NCBI GenBank assembly: GCA_016186995.1
Contig: JACPKQ010000007.1
Span: forward strand, 52,226 to 116,225
DNA length: 64,000 nt
Direction of reading: 5' to 3'
Source of the DNA: Deltaproteobacteria bacterium
GTDB lineage: Bacteria; Bdellovibrionota; JACOXK01
Below are positions 17,538 to 27,200 of this stretch, piece by piece. How positions within the stretch are numbered: the stretch's first letter is position 1; each line of letters opens with the position of its first letter. A program made the translations under genes and the position numbers. The notes below the pieces were generated by a model, which worked only from the letters and a program-made list of their open reading frames with translations, was not told the DNA's origin and ran no database searches.

Positions 17538-19198
17538 CGCACCCGGTATTGATTAAAAATGTGCTTCGGTTTGTTTCAGAGCAAAAAACGAACGTTTATT
17601 GTGAACTTGATCACAGGAAATTTCAGGGAACTCTTGCAATCCAAAAGGAAAACCTTGAAATGAGTATTCCTGGTATGAAACCAGACTCTTCTTGTATAAA
17701 AACCGGCGATACAATGACCGTTTCCTTTCAGGCGGGCGGTCAGGTTTATTCTTTTGTAACAACAATAGTAAGTATGACGTCACATGAACAATTTTTAACT
17801 TCTTATCCATCTAAAATCTCTAAAATGGGGCGTAGAAAATGCCCCAGATATGCTATTCCAAAGGATATTCATTTTTTTATCTCTTTCAGCGATCCGCAAG
17901 ATACATCCACAAAGATGACGGGAAGAGTAATTGATTTTAATACAACCGGCTTAAGGTTCAAGTTAGATCAGCACAAACTTAAACTTTCACAATATAAGTC
18001 TCCTATAATGTATACGCTTCATTTGTCTCCAAAGAAAATAATTCAAGTTAAGGGAGAGGTGAAGCACGAGATTGTTCATAATGATTCCTATTATTATGGG
18101 CTTTCTTTTTTAAATCTAAAATTAAGTGAGCAACAAGAGCTTTTTCAATACATCCTTGATACATTTTATCCTTCCCTGACTCATCGATGGGAAGTTGAGT
18201 TTGATAAATTCTGGGGACTTCTGGAAGATTCTGGATATCTTGGTGAAAAAGACAGTGTTTTTTTTCAAGGAATGCAGTGCCAAGCTCAAAAAGTATGGGG
18301 GACACTTGCCAAAGATCCATTTAAAATTTCTCAGGATCTGGTCTATGTCAGAAATGGCAAACCACTAGGCACCATTTCTGCAACGCGACTCTATGAAAAA
18401 AGCTGGCTTTTCCACCAATTGGCCGTTCATCCTAAAAATATTGCAGAAGGAACGGTTCATGCTGACCTCTATCTGGGTGCTTTTGGGGATTTTATCCTTA
18501 ACAACCCACACATAGATTTTTTAATGGGATTCTACAATATTCATAATACATGGCATCGAAAATTTTTTGACTATTTCGGTCAAACAGCTTCAGATGCTTC
18601 TAAATTCTATGTTGAGCATTTTCACCTGTTTGAGCCCCTCATACCTGAGAGTCCCTATGTTGACCCCTCTTATCCATGGGAGCTTGCAACAGCCGTTGGT
18701 GAAGAAAAGAAATGGATTCTCAAGCACATTCAAAAATGTGTCCCTATGATTATACAAGAAGCGTGTAATTTAGATGCTACCTCATTTGAAATTCCTAAAA
18801 CCCGGAAAACTTATATTGAAAAGGGTCTTGCACGAGATCGGAAACTTCTGATCTTAAAAAAAGATAGAGAAATCGTTGCTTTTGCACTTTTAGAAAACGC
18901 AACGACAGGCATTAATATATTCAATCTACTTGATCAGGCTTTTTTGTTTTATCTGGAAGAAACGCCACAGATTCAAACACTCCTTGTGAAGGGAGTTATG
19001 AATCACTACCGATCGCTTGGAAAAAAATCTTTTCTCTTACTTGCTCAAAAAGAAAACCTGGAACCCTATAGGACACTGAGGTTACAAGAGATATGTATTC
19101 TCAAGAGAGCTGTTTTTCATAGAGATCTTTTTTATGATTATCGCGACTATCTTTTTCTCATGTTCTCAAAAAGCTTGCACCTTTCTGCTCTTGTTTAA
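17525..19198 (+). CDS. PilZ-domain protein (YcgR-N-like plus PilZ) with an uncharacterised C-terminal domain of about 330 aa
   Basis: The PilZ c-di-GMP-binding motifs are RRKCPR (the RxxxR motif) and DFNTTGLRF (the D/NxSxxG motif). The C-terminal domain has no recognisable motif; it might be an acyltransferase. Confidence 0.5.
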   Translation: MGSVTHPVLIKNVLRFVSEQKTNVYCELDHRKFQGTLAIQKENLEMSIPGMKPDSSCIKTGDTMTVSFQAGGQVYSFVTTIVSMTSHEQFLTSYPSKISKMGRRKCPRYAIPKDIHFFISFSDPQDTSTKMTGRVIDFNTTGLRFKLDQHKLKLSQYKSPIMYTLHLSPKKIIQVKGEVKHEIVHNDSYYYGLSFLNLKLSEQQELFQYILDTFYPSLTHRWEVEFDKFWGLLEDSGYLGEKDSVFFQGMQCQAQKVWGTLAKDPFKISQDLVYVRNGKPLGTISATRLYEKSWLFHQLAVHPKNIAEGTVHADLYLGAFGDFILNNPHIDFLMGFYNIHNTWHRKFFDYFGQTASDASKFYVEHFHLFEPLIPESPYVDPSYPWELATAVGEEKKWILKHIQKCVPMIIQEACNLDATSFEIPKTRKTYIEKGLARDRKLLILKKDREIVAFALLENATTGINIFNLLDQAFLFYLEETPQIQTLLVKGVMNHYRSLGKKSFLLLAQKENLEPYRTLRLQEICILKRAVFHRDLFYDYRDYLFLMFSKSLHLSALV

Positions 19199-20594
19199 GT
19201 GGGAGTGAAATAATGAACGATGTGCCCTCAGATGGCTTGCTGTTTGCGCGTATTGTTCCTGAATGACTTTCTATAATCTTTTTACAAATTGCAAGCCCAA
19301 GACCCGTTCCCGTTCCTCTAGGTTTTGTCGTGAAAAAAGGTTCAAATATTTTTTTCTGAATATCAGGCGCAATTCCCTCTCCATTATCTCTAACCTCAAT
19401 TTCAATATGATGATTCAGTAATCGTGATGATAATTGAATGTGTGGTGTTTCACTATGAGATACTGCATCTTTAGCATTGTTTAATAAGTTTAATAAAACT
19501 TGCTCAAGTTGATTCGGCTCAGCCATAATAGAATGAATATCGGACTGAAGATTTTTGGTAATTCTAATGGATGCTTTTTTTGCCTTTGGTTCAAATAGCA
19601 AAACTGCGTTTTCAATGATTTCTTCGATTTCAGTTTCAACAAAAACAGGTTTTGAATAGGAAAAATTTCTCAAGTGTTCTGTAATCTTACTGATACTGTT
19701 GCACCCCTTATCAATGCCTTCCAAAAATTCTCTCAATTCACCCTTATATAAATTTCTATTTTCCAAGATTTCATGGAGCATTTCAGAATAGCCTTCAATA
19801 ACACCGAGTGGACTTTTGACCTCATGGATAATACCCGAGGTTAACTCCCCAATAGCTCCCATTTTCTCCGATTGAATGAGTTGTATCTGAGTCTCTTCTA
19901 ATTCTTTGATTTTGTTTTTTAAGTCATCGTTAAGTTGACTCACCTCATCATACTTTTCTTCAAGCATGCGATGGTTCTTTCTCAGTTCCTCAATAGCATG
20001 AAGATGCGTTTTGGGACGAATCACAAATTGATACCACAATCTTTGATACCAGGGAATACGAAGGTTCCAGGAAATTATGAAATGACAACTCGGCCCTTTT
20101 TTTACAGGAACTACCGTGGCTGACTTAACCCCCATATGTGCAGATGTTTTCTCAATAACACCTCTGGCAATATCAAAGAACGCCTGAGAGGGCTCATAGT
20201 CTGGTTTAAATGTATACCCAAGAGTCACCTTGTTCGGTGAGTTATTAACAACCTCACACTGAACACATCTAAACATAGAATTTACGTAATAAGGAAACTG
20301 TTTATAGATTGCTCTAGGAGAAGCAAGAAGGTGTATCATAATGCTTATAAAGCCAAAGGCTTTAGTATTTACAATTTCTCTGCCAATTTCTACAAAAACG
20401 TCTGGTTCAGGAAAGTGCTTTCGAATTTTTTCATATATTTTTAAGAGAGTTTCATAATCAATCCAATTATTTTGATCAAGAAAATAATCAATAGAATAGG
20501 GCATGTCTTTTAAAAATTCATTCAAATCGATGTCTTTTTCTTTTAAAAAAACAAATAGAATATTGAGCGCACGACAACTCACTTCTTTTTTCAT
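19158..20594 (-). CDS. Cytoplasmic sensor histidine kinase
   Basis: The H box is IHEVKSPLGVI. The HATPase boxes are in NAKDAV...VRDNGEGI...GTGLGLAI. There is no TM segment. The 3' end converges on and overlaps the PilZ gene by 41 nt. Confidence 0.8.
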   Translation of the reverse strand: MKKEVSCRALNILFVFLKEKDIDLNEFLKDMPYSIDYFLDQNNWIDYETLLKIYEKIRKHFPEPDVFVEIGREIVNTKAFGFISIMIHLLASPRAIYKQFPYYVNSMFRCVQCEVVNNSPNKVTLGYTFKPDYEPSQAFFDIARGVIEKTSAHMGVKSATVVPVKKGPSCHFIISWNLRIPWYQRLWYQFVIRPKTHLHAIEELRKNHRMLEEKYDEVSQLNDDLKNKIKELEETQIQLIQSEKMGAIGELTSGIIHEVKSPLGVIEGYSEMLHEILENRNLYKGELREFLEGIDKGCNSISKITEHLRNFSYSKPVFVETEIEEIIENAVLLFEPKAKKASIRITKNLQSDIHSIMAEPNQLEQVLLNLLNNAKDAVSHSETPHIQLSSRLLNHHIEIEVRDNGEGIAPDIQKKIFEPFFTTKPRGTGTGLGLAICKKIIESHSGTIRANSKPSEGTSFIISLPLKQEQKGASFLRT

Positions 20595-20727
20595 GCTTTA
20601 ATCTCCTCTTCAACGCTTTTCGTGAAAAAAATGAGAAAACTTAAAAAAAAGTTTAAGTTCTTACTTGCAATGAATTTTGCAGCAATGCTATACTTTTCTA
20701 AACTATTTCAAAAAAGGAGATACACAT

Positions 20728-21462
20728 ATGCAGACCCAAGTGCACAAGCAGTTGAATCCGACGCTTAGAGCGCCTTTTAAGAGTTATCAACCTACCTCTG
20801 GAGAGGAGTTTTGGGATGTTGTTGTTCGAGAAACAGCTGAAGCAAAGCGTAAATTATATGCAGATCCTTGTTTTAAGTCTCTTTGTGATGGAACTATGCC
20901 ACTCAATCAGTATAAAGAATGGCTTAAGGAGACTTATCATTTTACAAGAAATACCCCTCGATTTTTATCTGCAGCAGGCTCCCAAGTAGAAGATGACAAG
21001 CAATTCGTGAGAACACGCTTTTTTCAACACGCGGTTGAAGAAAATGGTCATCACTTAATGGCCCTCAAAGATCTCAGGAATCTGGGGGTTGATGAGGAAA
21101 GTGTGAAGAAAACCTATCCCTGTGCCGGCACAACGGCCATTGTTTCTATGCATTATTACTTAGCACATTACACAAATCCTATTGGTATTTTTGGGGCTGT
21201 TTTTTGCTTTGAAGGCTTGGCCTTTGACCTTTGTGACCAGTGGGCAAAGAATTTAAAGGCTCACCATGGCCTTTCTAATAATTGCCTGACATTTATCATT
21301 TCACATGGCCATTTTGATATAGAACATATTAAAGAGGCCAAAGAGGTCATTAATCATGAGGTTATAACGGAAACAGACAGGAGAGATATTATTTATACAG
21401 CTAATAAAATGTATGATTATTATCGCCTTACCTTTGAGGAAATTGGCCAACTCAAAGATTAA
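20728..21462 (+). CDS. Heme-oxygenase-like diiron oxidase (CADD / PqqC-like 'iron-containing redox enzyme' family)
   Basis: The HO-like helical fold carries conserved His/Glu ligand positions in FFQHAVEENGHH...CFEGLA...ISHGHFDIEH. RBS AAGGAGA precedes ATG 20728. An upstream in-frame extension to 20677 lacks an RBS. Confidence 0.55.
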   Translation: MQTQVHKQLNPTLRAPFKSYQPTSGEEFWDVVVRETAEAKRKLYADPCFKSLCDGTMPLNQYKEWLKETYHFTRNTPRFLSAAGSQVEDDKQFVRTRFFQHAVEENGHHLMALKDLRNLGVDEESVKKTYPCAGTTAIVSMHYYLAHYTNPIGIFGAVFCFEGLAFDLCDQWAKNLKAHHGLSNNCLTFIISHGHFDIEHIKEAKEVINHEVITETDRRDIIYTANKMYDYYRLTFEEIGQLKD

Positions 21463-21481
21463 GCACATTTTTACTTTAGTT

Positions 21482-21509
21482 CCTGCATACTCTGACCGGA
21501 GTATGCAGG
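21482..21509 (+). promoter_or_regulatory. Perfect 11-bp inverted repeat (CCTGCATACTC-N6-GAGTATGCAGG) enclosing the RBS and ATG of the downstream hybrid kinase gene
   Basis: The arms are 21482-21492 and 21499-21509. The GGAG RBS and the ATG at 21503 lie in the right arm. No U-tract follows on either strand. Confidence 0.45.
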
Positions 21510-23080
21510 ACAAAAAAGTCATTCTCATTATCGATGATAATAAAGATAATATCAGGATTGTTAGACATAGACTTAAGGCTATAGATCACGTCAACATACA
21601 CTCTGTCGAAAGTGGCGTAAACATCCTTTCTATTGTCAAAACATTAAATCCAGATCTCATTATTTTAGACCTTCTGCTTCCAAACATAAGCGGCTTTCAA
21701 ATAGCCAAAATCTTAAAATCGAACTCTTCTACGAAAAAAATACCGATTATTATGATATCAGCAATTTTTGATGAAGCTGATGTTCATGCTAGTTTAAAAT
21801 TGGGTGTTGAGAGATTTTATCCAAAATCAGAAATTTTTAAAAACTTTTCGAAACTAAATCATGTAGCATTTCTAGCCTCCATTAAAAATATATTAAGCCA
21901 TTCTGAGATAGCCTCCGAGGAAAAAATGGTTGGAAAAATTTTCTCTATTGGTAAGAGTTTGCAATCTCAAAATTTAAATCAACGGCTCCGTCAGAAGAAA
22001 TTTTACATACACTCCGAAAATGTTTCATCACATATATTCAAAAATATTAAAGAATTTATTCCTCAAGTTATCATATTTAATGCAAACAAGATTGCAGATT
22101 TTAAATCCTGGATGGCAGAATATAAAAAATCCAAAATTTTAGTACCAGTGATTGTCATTATTGAATCATTCTCAGAAGACGGAAGTACCGATAGTTTAGA
22201 GGTAGAAGCTTGTTTTCACTCTCCTCTTGATTATGATTATTTTGAAAATTATCTCAAGATATTATGTGATGAGGACGTGCTTAAGATATCGCAAAAAATA
22301 TTGCGTCACAACATGATTTCGAAAATACATGAGCTTGAAACTGTATATCAAAATTTAAAAAAATTAGATCAAAGGAAATCAGATTTTATTACCATTGCCA
22401 GCCATGAGCTTCAAACACCACTTACTATTATAAAGTCTGCACTGTCTTTCCTTCAAGAAATGAAACATACTTCTCCACCATTTCAGAAATTATTTGAAGC
22501 CATGGAAAGAAACGTAACCAAAATGGTGAATATTGTAAGAACATATTTGATGATTAATAATATAGAATCTTTTAACATGAAACTATCCAAAAAGGAGTTT
22601 TCTATTTCTGAGCTTACTCACGATGTTATTACAGCTTATGATCCCATCATTGCAGAAAATAATATGGCTATTTTACTTGATATTCCAGATCTCCTTCCCC
22701 TAGCTGAAGTCGATGGAGAAAGATTTAAAGATATCTTAGGGCATCTTTTAGAAAACGCGATTAAATTTTCATCGAAAGGTAAGGAAATAAAGATTTCAGC
22801 TAAGTATGAGAAAGATGATTTACATATCATCGTTGAAGATTTTGGAAAAGGCATATCCAAAGAAGATATAAACACAATTTTTGAAAAGTATGCCCAACTT
22901 GAAGATCCATTATTTCGGCAAGCACAGGGCAGTGGACTTGGGTTATATATTGTAAAAAGATTGGTAGAGCTTCATGGAGGACATATTTTCGTCAAAAGCA
23001 CCCCTCACAAAGGAAGCCGCTTTCATATCATTTTTCCTCAAGCCAAAGTTAAGCAAAAAGAAATTTCACAAGCAGCATAA
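21503..23080 (+). CDS. Hybrid sensor kinase: N-terminal receiver, a second degenerate receiver-like domain, then HisKA and HATPase_c
   Basis: The receiver is VILIIDDNKDN...IILDLLLPNISG...IIMISA. The H box is IASHELQTPLT. The ATP-binding region is in NAIKFS...VEDFGKGI...GSGLGLYIV. Confidence 0.8.
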   Translation: MQDKKVILIIDDNKDNIRIVRHRLKAIDHVNIHSVESGVNILSIVKTLNPDLIILDLLLPNISGFQIAKILKSNSSTKKIPIIMISAIFDEADVHASLKLGVERFYPKSEIFKNFSKLNHVAFLASIKNILSHSEIASEEKMVGKIFSIGKSLQSQNLNQRLRQKKFYIHSENVSSHIFKNIKEFIPQVIIFNANKIADFKSWMAEYKKSKILVPVIVIIESFSEDGSTDSLEVEACFHSPLDYDYFENYLKILCDEDVLKISQKILRHNMISKIHELETVYQNLKKLDQRKSDFITIASHELQTPLTIIKSALSFLQEMKHTSPPFQKLFEAMERNVTKMVNIVRTYLMINNIESFNMKLSKKEFSISELTHDVITAYDPIIAENNMAILLDIPDLLPLAEVDGERFKDILGHLLENAIKFSSKGKEIKISAKYEKDDLHIIVEDFGKGISKEDINTIFEKYAQLEDPLFRQAQGSGLGLYIVKRLVELHGGHIFVKSTPHKGSRFHIIFPQAKVKQKEISQAA

Positions 23081-23090
23081 CCGGATTTTC

Positions 23091-24197
23091 TTAAAAAAAC
23101 ATTGATAATTGTGTTCGAGATCTATAATCATTCTGATGAGATGCTCCATTGTTCCACAATCGACTCACCTCAAATTTCCATACAAGATGAGGAGCAGCCT
23201 GAAAATAATAACTAATACCCAAGGTGGCTTCTTCAGGGTCATAGGTTGCAGTTCCCAAAGCAGCATCTTTGTTAACTTTGGCATATCGGGCTGCCACTTC
23301 GAGATACCTTGGGATGAAAAAATAACCGCACTGTATCATATAGCCAAAATCAGTTTTACGTTTATTTTTGTTATGAACACCATTTGCCAATCCTAAAAAA
23401 GAAAATCCCAAATATCGAAACCCTACGTCTGAGGTCAAGTGATAGAGTGTATTCCCATTTACGCTATTATTTCGACTATTCAACCCTGCCACTCCGATAT
23501 TCAACTGAGGTTTTTGTGAGTGCATAAAATCAGGAACAATTGCATAATGCTTTCCCAGAAGAGAAAAATCAAGGCGCCCGCCCACAAGAAACGACGTATT
23601 GGCATTGGATTGGTGCCGACCTTCACCATTCATGACATGTGCATTATAAAAAATGAGGTCATTAAAAATCCACCCCTGGAGATTAATACCAAGCTCTCTC
23701 TCAAAACCTAGATTTGTGCTGATAATGGACCTGTCAACAAGCTGTAGAAACCATGTACGCTGCATATCTTCATGATCAAAGAAGAGAAAAAATTGTCCAA
23801 TTTTAAGATTAAAATATTTTTCAGGCTTCCAGTTGATCCAAGCATCTCTGAGATCAAAAGTTGCTCTGTCAATTCCTGCAACGAGCCCACCAGAAGTCGC
23901 TGCCATGGTGTATGAGATATAATAATCTAACTTCGGATAAAGAACATTACCTTCGTAATAGGTTTCACTATTAAGGGTAAATGTATTAACATTTGCAGCA
24001 CCTCCTTCGGTGTGACGATATTCGTACCTGGGTTGAAGAAGCCATTTAAGTTGGAAAGAAAACAACCCATCTGCTCTTTTAATGTAAAAATGCTCGTCAT
24101 AACCAAATTCAAGTGCTTTACCAGCTTCTTGAGGCGACTTCGCCTGTGCACTATGCCACATTAATATAATTATTAAAAAAAAGACGACCTTCTTCAT
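23091..24197 (-). CDS. Outer-membrane beta-barrel porin, phosphate-selective porin O/P (OprO/OprP)-like
   Basis: Signal peptide MKKVVFFLIIILMWHSAQA. Amphipathic beta strands alternate throughout. The C-terminal residue is Phe (...QLSMFF). Confidence 0.55.
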   Translation of the reverse strand: MKKVVFFLIIILMWHSAQAKSPQEAGKALEFGYDEHFYIKRADGLFSFQLKWLLQPRYEYRHTEGGAANVNTFTLNSETYYEGNVLYPKLDYYISYTMAATSGGLVAGIDRATFDLRDAWINWKPEKYFNLKIGQFFLFFDHEDMQRTWFLQLVDRSIISTNLGFERELGINLQGWIFNDLIFYNAHVMNGEGRHQSNANTSFLVGGRLDFSLLGKHYAIVPDFMHSQKPQLNIGVAGLNSRNNSVNGNTLYHLTSDVGFRYLGFSFLGLANGVHNKNKRKTDFGYMIQCGYFFIPRYLEVAARYAKVNKDAALGTATYDPEEATLGISYYFQAAPHLVWKFEVSRLWNNGASHQNDYRSRTQLSMFF

Positions 24198-24259
24198 CCT
24201 TTAGAAGATTAAATTGCAGTTGAAATGACGTCAATGTTTTTAACCAAAAAGAAAAAAAA

Positions 24260-27200
24260 TTAAGCTGCTTTTTTAAGCTGTTCTTCTTTAATGATACGTT
24301 TTCGGGGAATTCTAAAGGTGAATGTAGAACCTTTTCCATAAACACTTTTGACACAGATATTTCCTCCATGCAATGCAACAATCCTCTTGCAAAGAAAAAG
24401 TCCTAATCCAGACCCTTTTTCAGACTTTTCTACAGGCATTTCTGGAGTTTGGAACCTGTCAAAAATATGAGATATTTTTTCTTGCGAAATCCCTTGTCCT
24501 GTATCTGTAACAGAAACCTCAACAAACTCTTCTCCATTTTCTTTGATAGCTCTAGCTTTGAGAGTGATGGTACCACCCAATGAAGTAAATTTTAAAGCAT
24601 TGATTAAGAGATTTTCAATAACTTCTCGAATACGATCTGGATCACACGTCATGTTTTCAACAAGATCCTCTATTTTAAGATTTATGTGAATACCTCGACT
24701 CTGGGCAATTATTTTAGTATCTTCAAAAACATTCCTGATAAGCTCTTTCAGAAAAACATTTTTATATTGGAGAGAAAATTTTTCAGAATCCAGCTGAGAG
24801 ATGTTAAGAAATTGCTCTGTTAGTCTCGTCATTCTTTGTGTTTGTCGTGATATAATATCTAAAAACTTCCCATGATGTCTTGCCGGCATGGTGGAGAAAG
24901 ATTCAATACAATGTTGAATAATCATGAGTGGATTTTTAAGGTTATGGGAACAAAGTCCAAAGAATACATCTTTAAGGTTAGTAAGTGTTTTGAGTTTTTC
25001 GTAAGCCTGTTTAAGCTCTTCCATTTTCTCTTGAATAACTTCATGTGTCTTTGTAAGTTCTTGAGTTCTTAAATTTACCTTTTCTTCCAAAGATCGACGG
25101 AGTTGATCTAATTCATTGAAAGCCAGAGAGTTTTGAATAGCAATAGCTACTTGTGTCGCAAATACATTAAGTATTTCTAAATCATCTTTTGTAAAAAGGT
25201 TTGTAATAATTCTATTATCAATATAAATGATTCCCAATGTTTCTTTTTCAACTTTTAAAGGCACGCACAGAACAGATCTTAGCCCGTATTTGGTAACAGA
25301 TTTACTTGTCTTAAATTGAGGATCTGTTTGTGCATCGATGACAACAATGCCTTTGGCTTCCTTATAGACCTTTTGGAGTATTTTTTGACTTAAAGAGAAT
25401 TCATCCCCTGAGACTTGTGAAGTATCCACATGTCTTGAAATACGAATTTGAAGTTTTCCATCATTATCTTTTAACATGATAAAACCCCTCTCCCCTCCAA
25501 AGAGTTCAATAAGCGATTCCATCACGCTTGAAAGTAAAGTGGGCAGGTGACGAATGGAACTTAAATAATTACTGACTTTGATAATGGTTTCTAATCGACG
25601 ATTCCGCTTAACTTTTTCCAGCTGCATATCTTTTCTCTGAATGAGTTGTTGATACTTTGAGCAGAGAAGATTGAGATGATACTGATCATCACACTCCTCA
25701 AAAATATCTTTGGCAAGGTAAAGATAATGTATGGCGTTAGATTCAGCTTGTGCAAGAAGAAGTTCAGCATAGGAAAAATAGGTTTGTCCTAATAGATTCT
25801 TTGCCCCCAGCTTGTGTAGTGATTCAATGCTTTTTTTATAAACTCGCTTTGCTTGTGCATGTTTTCCAAAGGCTGTACAGATATCCCCATAAACGCGTAA
25901 AGCCCAACCACCATGGTTTGGATACCGCTGAACTTTTAAAATCTGTTTTCCCATTTTCCAGACTTTCTTTTTAAGTTCTTTATCTTTTTTTTCTTTCCAT
26001 TTTTCAAGATAGGCTTCCGCTAAAGTAAGTGGGGCACCTTGAACATAGCCGATGCGTATTTTGAATTTTTTGATCAGTCCTGTTGCCTTTTCTCCATATT
26101 CAATAGCCTTCTCAAAATTATGAAACAGCAAATACACCGCTGCCGCTGTGTCATAAAGTATTATTTGCCCAATGACATCCTTAATCTCATCAATCATTTT
26201 CAGAGTTTGATGGATACACTTAAATGCCTTTTCTTTATTTCCTCTTAAAGCTTCAAGAAGACCTATCCATGGTAAGATTTTTGTCCTAAAGGAAATATCC
26301 TGGACTTCGGTAGCTATATTGAACGCTATTTTGAAATTTTCTAAAGCTTTTCGTAAATCTCCTTTGATCCACCAACACAACGCTTTAAAACCGATTGCAT
26401 TAGAAAGCTCCCACGCATCACCAATTTTCTCACACCCCTCAATGGCTTTCTCTGTACACTCAATGGCTTTATCCGGATATCCATTATGATAATAGAAAAT
26501 ACCCATACAAGAATGAGTTTGGGCAACACCAAAGACATCGGCATTTTTTATATGAATAGCCAGGGCTTTTCTAGCATAATGAAGAGCTCTTTTCTTAAAA
26601 GGGGTTACTGCCAAATACACACTGTAAATTGATGAAGCTTGAGCTACTTCTTTTTCTTGTCCAACATCATCGGCAACATTTAAATAGCGCTGACAAGAAA
26701 GAAAGCCCTTTATGGGAGTGACAAACCAGTAAGTTAAACTAAGGGCCCGATGGATCCTATTTTGTTCTTGAAAGATTTTTGCCTGTTTTGAATGCTTTTT
26801 TCTTCCAAAGAAATAACGAGGGAATCGTCTATGAAAAAAGCGCATCATGAAAGTTTTTAAAAATGCCAAGACAAGCCCCGGGGTAGAAGAAGGCATTCTT
26901 GCGCCAAGAAATTGCAGGGCTTTTTCAGCATTTTCTATAGATTTTTCATAAGCCCCTTTTCGGAAAAAAAGATCTCCGCGTTTTCGATACAATCGGCACT
27001 TATCTAAAACTGACACTTTTTTTAGAAGAAGATCAGAGTAAATCTTTTCTGCGTCGCTATAATTTCCAATAAGAAGATTGATATCTGCTTTTTCTTCTAA
27101 AACTTCATCTTTAAGAACAAACTCATCTGACCGCATGAATGTTAATGCTCGATTGAAAAAAACAAGGGCTTCTTGTGTTGCATAAGAATGCGTAGCAACT

